A DNA stretch of 52,312 nt from a virus (Duplodnaviria; Caudoviricetes), in IMG/VR virus record IMGVR_UViG_3300048852_000117, positions 1 through 52,312 of that record. One strand, 5' to 3'. Below, in pieces: positions 10,062 to 19,902 of the stretch. Position numbers and translations under genes: made by a program. How positions within the stretch are numbered: the first letter of the stretch is position 1; each line of letters starts with the position of its first letter. The notes under the pieces are model-generated. The model did no database searches, was not told the origin of the DNA, and saw nothing but the letters and a program-made list of their open reading frames with translations.

Positions 10062-10645
10062 CAGAAGGCCTCTCTGAATTGGTAGCTGCCATTGGCAACA
10101 AACGGGCGCATCGACATGGCCCAAGTGTCCGAGGTCATGCGCATTTCTGAATAAGGGTTGAGGTATTCCACGGCAGCACCGGCTATCAGCGTCTTGCGGA
10201 TGCGTTTGTTGAGCGCCACGACCGCCCTGCCCTGCGCGTCAGCCGACGCGTCGTCCGTGACTTCAAACATCTCACCGCTGATGGTGATGTAGTCGCCGGC
10301 GCGGAAGGCTGCAGCACCGGCAGGCGCGCCGCCGATGACCATGCTTCGAGACTGGGCGTTGCCGGTCACGACGCTGAGTGCGCCGATGCTGACTCTCCGG
10401 GTTCGCGTGAAGGCTGGCAGATTGAACGTGCCAAACATGCCATCCAGTCTGCCGAGGAACGCCGACAGCTGGCGTTGTTGATCGCGATCCAGTACATCGA
10501 ATGCCAGCGTGCACTGCCAGTACGCGCCCGGGTAGCCAACAATCTGCTGGGCGTTCGACAGCGTGGAAGTGAACGCCCGGCTGTTGTTGACGATGCCCCA
10601 CGTCATTTCTGACGGGCGCAGCGAAGCAGGCCACGTGAGAGCCAT
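10061..10645 (-). CDS. Distal tail protein
   Basis: Immediately after tape measure; AFLGRLDG motif. Confidence 0.75.
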   Translation of the reverse strand: MALTWPASLRPSEMTWGIVNNSRAFTSTLSNAQQIVGYPGAYWQCTLAFDVLDRDQQRQLSAFLGRLDGMFGTFNLPAFTRTRRVSIGALSVVTGNAQSRSMVIGGAPAGAAAFRAGDYITISGEMFEVTDDASADAQGRAVVALNKRIRKTLIAGAAVEYLNPYSEMRMTSDTWAMSMRPFVANGSYQFREAF

Positions 10646-10662
10646 GCGTTACTCCTTTTTGC

Positions 10663-13600
10663 TTAACCCCGACGTATGAGCTGGCGGGCTGGACCGTTAG
10701 TTTTTAGGTCGCGAAGGACCATGTTGTAGCCGTCACGCGCGCCCTTTTCCGCGGCCTGCTGGATACGGCTAAGGGTGGCGTCGTCGGTGCCGCCCTCAAA
10801 CGTGAACGACTGGTGAATCGCGGGCATGTTGGCTGCCGGGGTGGCACGGGTTGCCGCCGACACTGTAGAGACCTTGCTTACTGCCGAGCTGACGTAGCCG
10901 CCGTCGGCATACCCTTTGCGATTGGCGTTCATGCGTTCCAGGAACTCACGCGCGCCGGGCTGGCTGACGACCTCTTTCTTCACGACAAACTCACCGCCGT
11001 GCACCACGCCCATCGGCTGATACTTGCCGCCATTGCCGGTGTAGCCGCCATCCGAGAACCCGTATTGCGACGAGTAACCGGCAGCGGATGCACCGAGACT
11101 CGACGACTTCGCAGCAGCAGAGCCGGCAGCAAGGCCAGATCCACCGCCACCGAAGCCAGCAAACGCACCGATGGCGCTGCCGAGGAAGCCGACAGCTGCC
11201 TGACGCACCTGAATACGGATCAGGTCGGCGATGATGCCGTCTGCCAGGTCCTTGAAGGACAGTTTCCCGGTCCGGACGAAGTTGATGATCCCGTCTTCCA
11301 TGCTGCTGAACGCATTGGTGAACAGCTGTTGCGTTTGCCCGGACACGTCGCGGGCTTGCTCCAGGTAAGTCTGCATTGCAGACGATGCCCCGATGCGCCA
11401 GTCGCTCTGCGCCTTATCGACGTCGGCGTAGTACTGCGTCTGCATGGTGAGGCGGGTTTGCAGTGCCGATTGCAGCGCGGCCGTCTCCTTGGCGTACAGC
11501 TCGGGGCTGATACGCCCCTCGTTGCGCTGCTGGAGCAGGTTGTCCATCTGCGACTGGTACTGCTGCTGGATACTCAGCTGTTCCTGCAACCTGGCGCGCT
11601 GCTGCTCGCCCATGCCCAGGCCGGCCAGGTTGTTGCTGAGGCCGGTCTGGTCCTTGGCAAGCTGGCTTTGCAGGTTGGTCTGGAAGGCGGCAAGCTTCTG
11701 CGCCTCCTCTGTCGCCTTCTTGCGCAGCTCGGTATCCCGCTCTAGCTGGGCATTCTGTTTCTGCTGGGCGAGGTTCAAATCGGCCATCGCCAGAATCTGC
11801 TTCTGCGCGGCTGTCAGCGTTTTCTTTTCTTTCAGTTGCGCGATCTGAGCCTCCAGGTCGACGAGCTTCTTCTGCTCGGCGCCCATCGTCCTGATGGTGC
11901 CGTCCTGGGCCACCAGTTCCTTGCTCTGCTGCATCAGCACTGCATACCGCTGCCGAGCATCGTCCAGCAGCTTTTGGCCGGCGTCCTCCTGTGACCCTTG
12001 GGTCTTGCCGGAGCTCTTGTTGACGGTGGTGGATTCGTTGATCTGCGCGAGCGCCGCGTCGAGCCGCTGCTGCGGCGTCAGCGCAGGCCTCACGCCAGCC
12101 TTTGAAGGAGTGCCGCCCATCAGTCCGCCCGCCGGAGCCTGCTGAGGCGCGAGAAGCATGTTTCGCCCGGTCAGGAAGCTGGAGCCTTTGGAAATGTTGG
12201 CAGCGACCTCGATGACGCGGCGCATTTCCCGGATCTGCTTCGTGGCGCTCTCTTCGGCTGCTTTCGCGGCTTCTGCGTGCGACTTTTTGACCGCGTCCGT
12301 TGCATCTTTCGCCGCCTGCTCCTGGGTGTACAGTGCCAGCAGCTGCTTCTTCAGGGCCTCCTGTTGGACCTTGTCGCCCTCCTTGACCGCATCCTGGTAC
12401 TTCTTGAGCAAGTCAGTTTGCTCGGCAACGATCAACGCCTGGCTTCGCTGCGTGGCGGTCAGCCCCATCTTGGTCGAGTTGTAGGCGGCCTCGGTTCGCT
12501 CGTTCGCGCCAAGCAGATCGCGGGCCTCGGTGAGTTTCGCGATGTACTTTTCCCACTCGGCCAGCTGGGCTTTGGTCTGCGTACCCGACTGCGCCTGTGT
12601 TGCGTTCAGCGCATCCGAGCTTGCCTTCGCAGCCTTGCTCGCAGAATCGAGCCCGCTGAGCTTTTCCCCAAGATCAGCCGCATTCTTGCTGCTGGCCTGC
12701 TGGGTGGCGGCCAGTTCGGCGAGAGCCTTGCGGTACTCAGGGGTCAGCTTGGCATTGGTATCGATCCACTGCGTTACATTGTCCAGCGGGATTTTACCGG
12801 CCTTGACCTCAGCAATCATGCTGCGGAATTGGCCGGTGAACTCGCCAAGGCTGATACCGGTTTCCACTTTGTAGGCGAAGTCATCGAGCGCGGTACTGGC
12901 CTTCTCGAGTTCTTTGGCTTGCTGCTCAGCCCAGTTGATTTTTTGGAGGCGCTGCTGCTCGGCGCTCAAGGTCTTGAACTTGTCGATCGATTCGCTAACC
13001 GCAAGGCCCTGGTCAATAAGCGACTTGGTTGCCTCGTCGGAACTGTCCCGCATCAGAAACATGCTGGCAGCAACGGCGCCAGCCGCGACAGCTATCCCGC
13101 CCGGCCCACCCATAAAAGCCAGCAAGCCACGCTGAGCCGTCGCGAGCCCCGCTGCCGCTACTCTCGCTCGATCATCCGCCGCCGCCGCGATCAGTCGTGC
13201 TTCTGCGTATCGCCCTGCAGCCACGGTTTGGAGGACTGTGCCACGGTAGAGGACCATTTCCTGCTGTGCTAATGCTGCGGCAGACCTGGCCTTGATGGCG
13301 TCCGCATTAGCGGCGTTTAAGGTCGCTGAGGCATCGGCAATCGCAGCTGAGCGTGTCGCGATGTAGGCGTAAGCCACCTTTCCAAGCCTGTTTACCAGCA
13401 GCACTGCACTTGCTGCGGCCACACCCGACATTGCAGCGCCCACCACGTTAATAGTAGTGCTCAGCGACTCGGAATCCGCGGATAGCGCATCCATGGATTT
13501 GGATAGCGCTATGACCTTACTGGATATTGCGGCGCTCGCACCGCTTGCTTGATCAAGCCTGCCTACCAGTTGCGTGAAAGAGTTCCCCGCAGTAGTCAGG

Positions 13601-14643
13601 CTGTTGCCGATGGTCACGGAGGTCTTGTTGAAAAGAGCCTCTACAGCCTGCTCTTGCGCCTGTAGCGCCTTGACTACTGCATCTGCAGTGAGCAAGCCAG
13701 CGGCACCCAGGGCTCTGAGCTCGCCGACCGTTTTGCCCATGCCTGCCGCGATGGCTTGCGCCAGAGCGGGGGCCTGCTCCATGACGGAGTTGAGTTCTTC
13801 ACCGCGCAGCGTACCTGAGGCAAATGCTTGTCCGAGCTGAACAAGCGCTGCGCTTGCAGCTGAAGCAGACGCTCCGGATATCGCGAGGGTTTTGCTGATC
13901 GTTCCAACGACGCCGGCCACTCCCTTGCCCGTCAGGTTCAGCTCGCTCTGGTTCGTGGCGATCCGTTGATAAAGCTCGGCGGTAGCATTGAGTGGCTGAT
14001 AAGAGCTTTGCGCAATCGAGAACACAGCCCTCTGAGCAGCCGCCAACTCTTCTGCCCCTCCGGTTACGAGCTTCATCCGGTTGGTGAGCGTGCTATAGGC
14101 CTCGGCTGCATCATAGAATGCCTTGACGCTGAATGCGGCAGCCAGCGGCCCTGCAAGGCCAGCAGCCTGGGCCGCCAGAGATTTCACTTGGCGCTCAAGC
14201 CCCTGAACCTGTGTGGTGGCGTTGCGGGCATTTTGACCTGTAGTGTTGATCGAGCCTCCAGCTGCGGAAAGCGCTGCTGTCGATTTGCTGCCTGCTTGGT
14301 TCAAAGCCTCCAGCGCCTTACGGGCAGCCGCAAGCTTTGCTTCGGCGGCTGCTGCGTTGCTACCCATGGTTGAAACGCTTCCGGCAGCTCCGGCGATAGA
14401 CCCGCCGGCTTTCTTGCCAGCATCCCCTACCCCGTTCAAAGCGGTCCGCGCCGAGTTCAGTCCGGAAGCGGCGGAGTTTGCGGTCTTGGCGGCGTTCGCG
14501 AGACTGGCGGTCAGACCTGACATAACCGGCCCCACCCGCAGCCCTACCTCAGTCAAAGCTTCGAGCGCCTTGCGTACGGCCGCTACCTGCTGTTCCGCGC
14601 TGCGTCCATCAACCTCCAAGGCGAGTCGGGATGTGAGAGCCAT
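10663..14643 (-). CDS. Tail tape measure protein
   Basis: 1326 aa Ala-rich helical; QAFASGTLRGEELNSVMEQAP; lambda-type C-terminal GGYTGNGGKYQPMGVVHGGEFV. Confidence 0.96.
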   Translation of the reverse strand: MALTSRLALEVDGRSAEQQVAAVRKALEALTEVGLRVGPVMSGLTASLANAAKTANSAASGLNSARTALNGVGDAGKKAGGSIAGAAGSVSTMGSNAAAAEAKLAAARKALEALNQAGSKSTAALSAAGGSINTTGQNARNATTQVQGLERQVKSLAAQAAGLAGPLAAAFSVKAFYDAAEAYSTLTNRMKLVTGGAEELAAAQRAVFSIAQSSYQPLNATAELYQRIATNQSELNLTGKGVAGVVGTISKTLAISGASASAASAALVQLGQAFASGTLRGEELNSVMEQAPALAQAIAAGMGKTVGELRALGAAGLLTADAVVKALQAQEQAVEALFNKTSVTIGNSLTTAGNSFTQLVGRLDQASGASAAISSKVIALSKSMDALSADSESLSTTINVVGAAMSGVAAASAVLLVNRLGKVAYAYIATRSAAIADASATLNAANADAIKARSAAALAQQEMVLYRGTVLQTVAAGRYAEARLIAAAADDRARVAAAGLATAQRGLLAFMGGPGGIAVAAGAVAASMFLMRDSSDEATKSLIDQGLAVSESIDKFKTLSAEQQRLQKINWAEQQAKELEKASTALDDFAYKVETGISLGEFTGQFRSMIAEVKAGKIPLDNVTQWIDTNAKLTPEYRKALAELAATQQASSKNAADLGEKLSGLDSASKAAKASSDALNATQAQSGTQTKAQLAEWEKYIAKLTEARDLLGANERTEAAYNSTKMGLTATQRSQALIVAEQTDLLKKYQDAVKEGDKVQQEALKKQLLALYTQEQAAKDATDAVKKSHAEAAKAAEESATKQIREMRRVIEVAANISKGSSFLTGRNMLLAPQQAPAGGLMGGTPSKAGVRPALTPQQRLDAALAQINESTTVNKSSGKTQGSQEDAGQKLLDDARQRYAVLMQQSKELVAQDGTIRTMGAEQKKLVDLEAQIAQLKEKKTLTAAQKQILAMADLNLAQQKQNAQLERDTELRKKATEEAQKLAAFQTNLQSQLAKDQTGLSNNLAGLGMGEQQRARLQEQLSIQQQYQSQMDNLLQQRNEGRISPELYAKETAALQSALQTRLTMQTQYYADVDKAQSDWRIGASSAMQTYLEQARDVSGQTQQLFTNAFSSMEDGIINFVRTGKLSFKDLADGIIADLIRIQVRQAAVGFLGSAIGAFAGFGGGGSGLAAGSAAAKSSSLGASAAGYSSQYGFSDGGYTGNGGKYQPMGVVHGGEFVVKKEVVSQPGAREFLERMNANRKGYADGGYVSSAVSKVSTVSAATRATPAANMPAIHQSFTFEGGTDDATLSRIQQAAEKGARDGYNMVLRDLKTNGPARQLIRRG

Positions 14644-14660
14644 GCTTTTCTCCAGGCACG

Positions 14661-14685
14661 AAAAAGCCCGCTCAGTGGCGGGCTT
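14661..14685 (-). terminator. Intrinsic terminator of the small membrane moron
   Basis: AAGCCCGC..GCGGGCTT hairpin with U-run on -. Confidence 0.75.
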
Positions 14686-14712
14686 GGGAATGATTCTGCC
14701 TGTAGAAGGCGT

Positions 14713-14976
14713 TTAGGTTTGCTGTTCGCGTTTCTGGCGCTCTTTCTCACGGATGATGCGATTTCCCTCGGCGATCTGAGCCTCGACCCGGCTCTTTGAT
14801 CGGAAGCCCTTGAACGCTCCGTAGGCTGCCGCTGCAACCAGTGCTACAACGACCAGCGCGGCGACCAGGATAAGCCAAACACCGTAAAGCGCAGCGGCCG
14901 CGACAATGACGCCTATGAGCCAGGGCGCGATCAGGACCGCTATGAGGATGAGGACGAGCAGGATTGCCAGCTGCAT
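14713..14976 (-). CDS. Small inner-membrane protein (moron)
   Basis: RBS AGGGAG; about 50 hydrophobic residues then a basic tail; own terminator. Confidence 0.75.
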   Translation of the reverse strand: MQLAILLVLILIAVLIAPWLIGVIVAAAALYGVWLILVAALVVVALVAAAAYGAFKGFRSKSRVEAQIAEGNRIIREKERQKREQQT

Positions 14977-15035
14977 GGTTACTTCTCCCTGTTGATGGCA
15001 GCAATCTACCATCAACACGGCAACCAACGAAGGCC

Positions 15036-15359
15036 CTATTCGTCCTTGTCGCTGAGCACCAAATCGTCCAGGGCGTACACCGCCTCATCGATCATCTCGC
15101 GTGGTAGGGCCGAAGGGTGACCCACCAGCCAGTCATTGATCTGGCTGGCTGAAATCGGCAGCGGGAAGGCGCCGGCCATCGTGGTCATGTACTGCCGGGC
15201 GCGGCAGACATTGCGGAAGAGGTGCAGCAGGTAGGCGGTGATCGAGTCGACCTCAGGCTCTTCCGGGATGGGCTGCTTCAAGCGGGCGTAGATTGCGCGC
15301 CTTTTCTCGACGTTGCCCGCCCACTCCTTTTCCCACTCGAAGCGGGCGATGGCTTTCCC
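15036..15359 (-). CDS. Tail assembly chaperone T portion (expressed as G-T by -1 frameshift)
   Basis: -1 frame is open from GGGAAAG (15353-15359) through to 15036. Confidence 0.85.
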   Translation of the reverse strand, partial: GKAIARFEWEKEWAGNVEKRRAIYARLKQPIPEEPEVDSITAYLLHLFRNVCRARQYMTTMAGAFPLPISASQINDWLVGHPSALPREMIDEAVYALDDLVLSDKDE

Positions 15360-15763
15360 ACTGCCTCGTCTTTTTCTTTCTTGAGGTCAGCGGCGACTTC
15401 GGAAGCCTTGGCGAGCACGAACAGGAAGAAATCGACATCGCCCTTGAGCATGTCGCGGCCGACCTGAGGACTGTACTTGAGCGGGTTGCCCTGCTCGTCC
15501 TCTGCGCCGGACCAATCCTTGAGCAGGAAGGTCGCGATCAGCATGCACTGGTTGTCATGCTCGGTCTTCTCGCCCTCGATGATGCCGATGTCGCCCTCTG
15601 CGAACTGTGCGTCGTTCCGGTTCAGCCGGCGGCGCATGCGCTCAAGCGCAATCTGATATTCCTCGTTATCGAGGCCTACCAGTTGAATTTTGGTGTCTTC
15701 GTCGTAATTGAACCAGCGCGCTTCGCTGAGCGGGGCCGGCTCCTTCTTCAATTTCAGGGCCAC
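15278..15763 (-). CDS. Tail assembly chaperone G
   Basis: Between major tail and tape measure genes; ends near slippery G-GGA-AAG. Confidence 0.85.
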   Translation of the reverse strand: MALKLKKEPAPLSEARWFNYDEDTKIQLVGLDNEEYQIALERMRRRLNRNDAQFAEGDIGIIEGEKTEHDNQCMLIATFLLKDWSGAEDEQGNPLKYSPQVGRDMLKGDVDFFLFVLAKASEVAADLKKEKDEAVGKPSPASSGKRSGRATSRKGAQSTPA

Positions 15764-15838
15764 GATAAATCCTCACGCCACGCCATAAAAAGACCGCCCT
15801 GGCCGGCGTTACTGCCAAGGCGGTCAACGGGAAATCGC

Positions 15839-16768
15839 TTATGGGGTGACCGGATCGGTCTCGGCTGCACTGCGCGTGATGGTCGGCGCCACCTTTGCAA
15901 CAGTGTAGTTAAGCGTGACTTCGATCAGGTCGCGTTTGCCGCCGTTCGGCAGTTCACCGTCCACTTCCAGCGCTGGGAAGTCGAACGTGTACGAGTTGCC
16001 CAGGCTGTCAGTGATCGGGAACTCCACGGAGATCGGCAGGCGGGTGAAGCTGTTCTTCCAGAGCTGCCACGCGCGTTGGGACCAGGCCAGCGTGATACTG
16101 CCGGTGATGGCTGCTTCGGTGGCAATGTGTGCACCAGGCCCGAGACGCTCGGAGCCGAGGCACCGCTGCGTCTGCATGCCGTTGTCGAGGTTGATGGTCA
16201 TCGCCGATACGCAAGCGATGCCTTCCAGAGATTCGCCGTTGACGCTCACGGTACCCACGTTGACGTTCGACATGAACGGGGTGCTGGTCGGCGGGTTGAT
16301 GCCGGCTACGGTGTTCACGGAGCCGTCGGCGTAATCCAGACCTACCATGCCGAAGGTCGCGGTGATCTTGCCGTCAGCCGGGATCTCCAGCGCGAAGGTG
16401 GAGACGTGCATGCCCTTGAACAGGGTGAACACGCTCACGTCCGCGTAGTTCTTCGCGATGGTGAAGGTGCGGCGGGTGTCGCCCACGGTCAGCACATCGT
16501 TGTTCCAGGTGCCGTAGAAGGCAGCTTCGAACAGGCGGTCAAAGGTCCCGTAGGACAGTTCGGCAGTCAGATCGCCCTGAATGTCGGTGCTGGTGGCCAC
16601 CGAACCCTGGCTGACGCGAGAGTCGGTGATCTCGTCGCTGACTTCAGTGTTCACGGTGGGCGACAGGGTGTTGCCGGTCAGTCGCAGGGTGTCGAAGCTG
16701 CCCACCGGCGTGACGCCGGGGGTGACTTCTGGAATCAGGTAACTCGTTACTTTTGCGCCCGAACTCAT
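15839..16768 (-). CDS. Major tail tube protein
   Basis: MSSGAKV..Y..E.TPG start; size and position. Confidence 0.9.
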   Translation of the reverse strand: MSSGAKVTSYLIPEVTPGVTPVGSFDTLRLTGNTLSPTVNTEVSDEITDSRVSQGSVATSTDIQGDLTAELSYGTFDRLFEAAFYGTWNNDVLTVGDTRRTFTIAKNYADVSVFTLFKGMHVSTFALEIPADGKITATFGMVGLDYADGSVNTVAGINPPTSTPFMSNVNVGTVSVNGESLEGIACVSAMTINLDNGMQTQRCLGSERLGPGAHIATEAAITGSITLAWSQRAWQLWKNSFTRLPISVEFPITDSLGNSYTFDFPALEVDGELPNGGKRDLIEVTLNYTVAKVAPTITRSAAETDPVTP

Positions 16769-16864
16769 CGGATGCCTCCTTAGATCGTAGTGATCCGGGG
16801 AGGCGTGATGAGCAGAGAGGCCTTACGGCGGGTCTGGTCAGCGGGCCCGGTAGTGCGGGTGTGT

Positions 16865-17074
16865 TTAGATGTTCAGTTCGATTTCGACGCCGGTCAGAAC
16901 CTGACGGCCTACTTCGCCAACAGTATTAATATCGACGTTGGTCAGCTGGACGTACTCAACGGTGAGCCCCGTCTTTTCGTTGAAGGCCTTGATTGCATCG
17001 AAAACCTGTTGAGCCAACAGCCGGCGCTCTTCGCGAACCTGCTCAATAGTCATGCTTTGGGTATCACTCATCAC
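16865..17074 (-). CDS. Hypothetical 69-aa protein
   Basis: RBS GGAG; co-oriented in the tail operon. Confidence 0.6.
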   Translation of the reverse strand: MMSDTQSMTIEQVREERRLLAQQVFDAIKAFNEKTGLTVEYVQLTNVDINTVGEVGRQVLTGVEIELNI

Positions 17075-17171
17075 CCTTCTCCTTTGCGGTCAGCCAGCGC
17101 TCCCATGCGGCAAGCGCTCCCTTCGCGGCCCGGATGAGGCTGCGATGTAGTTCTTTCGTTACTTCGCTCAT
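17064..17171 (-). CDS. 35-aa amphipathic peptide MSEVTKELHRSLIRAAKGALAAWERWLTAKEKGDE
   Basis: Manual translation; GAGAG upstream; fills the gap and overlaps the next start. Confidence 0.5.
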   Translation of the reverse strand: MSEVTKELHRSLIRAAKGALAAWERWLTAKEKGDE

Positions 17172-17179
17172 GTGCTCTC

Positions 17180-17575
17180 TCAGCCGGCGCGGAACCGGGT
17201 CACAACGTTGATTTGGTAGAAGCCTTCGGATTCGCCGGCGTCGATCTGGCCGGTCTCAATGCATTCGAGTTCGCCCGAACTCCAGTAGGAAAAATGACTT
17301 TCCAAGGCGTCGGCCAACTCGTTCAGAGCTTTGATGCCGGTGCGGACCTGGGCGAAGCACTGAACAACGATCTGACCAGGCTTCCGCGTGTAAGGACGGT
17401 CAGCCATACCTGCCATGAAGGCGCTTGCGTGCTGGATGTTGAGACGGCACCACAGGCCGGTATCCGGCGGCTCGAACACCGCGGGCTGGTTCGGATACTG
17501 GATACGCGCCTGATCAATGGCCGAGAACGACGCCATGCGGGCAGTGATCGTCTGGCGAATATCTTCGTAGGTCAT
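17180..17575 (-). CDS. Tail terminator-like protein
   Basis: IQYPN..F.PP..GLW motif; context. Confidence 0.75.
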   Translation of the reverse strand: MTYEDIRQTITARMASFSAIDQARIQYPNQPAVFEPPDTGLWCRLNIQHASAFMAGMADRPYTRKPGQIVVQCFAQVRTGIKALNELADALESHFSYWSSGELECIETGQIDAGESEGFYQINVVTRFRAG

Positions 17576-17952
17576 CTGAATCTCTCGGCAGCCGCGGTGA
17601 ATGTGATGCCGTAGACGCCCATGGGTGCCTGTTTGGAATAACCATTTTCCAGCTTTTCGGCATAGTGCAGGTTGTTCTGGATGTAGATCACGGTGTAGGG
17701 CTTGAGCGTCGACAGAGCGGCCTGTCCCGCTGCTTTTGTCGCCGCCCCCTCCTTGTCCACGTCAATTGTGCTGGTGGTGATCGGCGCGCCGATGCTCACG
17801 ATGTTATTGGCCCGAAATCGCCCGGTATCGACCGGCGAGCGCAGCACGATCTCCCCGAGCATGGCCTGCGCAATCTTGCGCATGTGATCAACCATGTCCG
17901 TCTCGATCTGTGAAATAAAGGCTGTCGGCGGGACGCTCCATGAACTCGCCAT
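17572..17952 (-). CDS. HK97 gp10-like tail completion protein
   Basis: SPVDTGRFRAN and NNLHYAEKLENGYSKQAP motifs. Confidence 0.85.
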   Translation of the reverse strand: MASSWSVPPTAFISQIETDMVDHMRKIAQAMLGEIVLRSPVDTGRFRANNIVSIGAPITTSTIDVDKEGAATKAAGQAALSTLKPYTVIYIQNNLHYAEKLENGYSKQAPMGVYGITFTAAAERFR

Positions 17953-18335
17953 CAGATGACCCTCAGCTGTATCTGGTAGTGGACCCCAACCGGGTCAGTC
18001 ACTGCCTCCATGACGCGGTACAGTCGCTGCTGTCCGGTTATAAGGTCGCTGGCTTCCACGTTATGCCCAGGCATTGGCCGGTCGGTGACCTCGTTGACGA
18101 GCGCAATCAGACGGACATCGGTCGCCCGGATACGCTCGTCGTCGATCTGATCCTTTTTATACCGGGTCAGCACGCCGCGGCCGGTATAAAGCACGGGTTC
18201 GGCGGTGGTTTGCTCAGTAACCGGATCGTAAGCGCCGGGCCCCAGGTATGTGCCAGTGAATGGCCTGACAGCCTCAGCAAGCGCGGTATCGAACAGCCGC
18301 CCGAACGACGCCTGCATGGTTGACTTGATCGGCAT
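17952..18335 (-). CDS. Head closure / head-tail joining protein
   Basis: GAYDPVT motif; context. Confidence 0.7.
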   Translation of the reverse strand: MPIKSTMQASFGRLFDTALAEAVRPFTGTYLGPGAYDPVTEQTTAEPVLYTGRGVLTRYKKDQIDDERIRATDVRLIALVNEVTDRPMPGHNVEASDLITGQQRLYRVMEAVTDPVGVHYQIQLRVI

Positions 18336-18337
18336 GG

Positions 18338-19339
18338 CTAAACCACCAGAGTGACTTTTTTAAGCGAGTATTCGGCCACACAGCGGCAGCGGATGCGCTC
18401 GGAGAGAGGTGCGCCGAGCGAGGTATCGCACGGAAACATCAGCATCGCGCCGCTTGGGGAGGTGAATGCCTGGCCGGCCTCAGTCGTCTGCCCGTTCAGT
18501 GCACCGTGGGTGCGACGCTCGCGGCCATCCATTCGAGTGCGCCACTTCTTCACATAGGTGTACTGCCCACCACTGCGAGCCGTGAGCTGCTTCCAGCCTT
18601 CCTCTCGGCCTTTGTTGTAGGCTTCGGCTATGTTGGTCTGAGCCAAGGCTTCGGCATGCAGATCCCGCAGCCGCTGCGCATAGGCAGACGCTGCTCGCTC
18701 AAGCGTTTCCTTCGGAAGCGGCTTGCCCGCATCGATAGCGGCGCTCACTACGGAGTCGAAACGCGGATCGCGTCGCTTGCGGGTAAGGTACTCACGAAGT
18801 TGGCCGGGGTCACCGCTACTGAGCTGGTCGCGGGCGCGCTCTACTGCCTCGGTCGCATTGCCAGTCAGCCCAAGGACGCCTCCCGAACGGCGGCCGGTCT
18901 GCTTGCTCCTGCGCCCGACCATATTGAGGGCAATTGTCCGAGAACTATCGCCTCGCAGTCGGCCCTGGGTAATCGCAATGCGTGCGGCGTCCATCTGGTC
19001 GCGCGCAGCCTGCTCCCGGATGTCGCGAGCCTGGCTGGACAAGAATGCATTGACGCTTTCCGCGCTCATGTCCAGCTCTCGGCGCACGCCCGGCATACGG
19101 ATGCCTGCCAATTCCCGAGCAGCGCCGGAGGCGAAGGCTGACCGCAGTCGATCCAGAAACAGTGCCAACAGGCCAAGGGCAATGATCTCTTCCAGTCTGG
19201 ACTCATCCCCATCTTCGATGGCCTGCTCGATCTCCGTGACGCTGACCGACTTGGCCACCATAGCGATTTGGTCCAGATATGCCTGCTGCGCCGCTGGCTC
19301 AAGCTTCTCTACCTCGGCCTGGACCTCGGAAGCCTTCAT
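18338..19339 (-). CDS. Head morphogenesis protein (Mu gpF / SPP1 gp7 family)
   Basis: C-terminal KKWRTRMDGRERRTH..LNG...FP......IRCRC. Confidence 0.85.
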   Translation of the reverse strand: MKASEVQAEVEKLEPAAQQAYLDQIAMVAKSVSVTEIEQAIEDGDESRLEEIIALGLLALFLDRLRSAFASGAARELAGIRMPGVRRELDMSAESVNAFLSSQARDIREQAARDQMDAARIAITQGRLRGDSSRTIALNMVGRRSKQTGRRSGGVLGLTGNATEAVERARDQLSSGDPGQLREYLTRKRRDPRFDSVVSAAIDAGKPLPKETLERAASAYAQRLRDLHAEALAQTNIAEAYNKGREEGWKQLTARSGGQYTYVKKWRTRMDGRERRTHGALNGQTTEAGQAFTSPSGAMLMFPCDTSLGAPLSERIRCRCVAEYSLKKVTLVV

Positions 19340-19860
19340 ACGACGAACACCGCGATACTGCCGGTCCGGGTGCTGCGGAAGAGAGGAGCCACAAGCTCAT
19401 CGACCACGGTCAGCACAGGGCGAGTCGGTACTCCGCCAGACGTATCAGCAGCAGCCTGATACTCGATCTCCAGCACGTCGACCTTCTGCCGCTTGATCGC
19501 GGTGGCAGCAATGTAGTCGGGGCTCAGGCTGCCGGGCTCGGCCAGCTCACGCAGCGCCGCTTCGTAGGTGGCCTGCTCGATCTCAGCGGGCACTTGATCA
19601 CTTGGCAGCGGATGATCTTCGTAGTCCGTCGCGCCAGTGCGCGGCCACTCCCTGGCTTGCCCTCGACCCTCGGTCTTCACTCCGGGGAACAGGGACTGCC
19701 ACACACCGGAAGGCATAAGCTTCCGGTAGCGGCCATCAATGTAAGCCGATGCCCGGATCAGCGCAGCCTGCTTCGCCTCGTCGTCACCGGCCCATGCGGT
19801 ATTCGCGCGCGCAGCGTGATAGGCGTCGGCGGCTGCGACGGTTCCGTAGAAATCTGGCAT
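19336..19860 (-). CDS. Head-tail adaptor (DnaT-like family)
   Basis: YGTVAAADAYH, ALIRASAYID, EWPR motifs. Confidence 0.8.
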   Translation of the reverse strand: MPDFYGTVAAADAYHAARANTAWAGDDEAKQAALIRASAYIDGRYRKLMPSGVWQSLFPGVKTEGRGQAREWPRTGATDYEDHPLPSDQVPAEIEQATYEAALRELAEPGSLSPDYIAATAIKRQKVDVLEIEYQAAADTSGGVPTRPVLTVVDELVAPLFRSTRTGSIAVFVV

Positions 19861-19902
19861 CGGGATGTCTCGAATAGGTGGGCGGCGAACCGCCCGGGGT
19901 TT

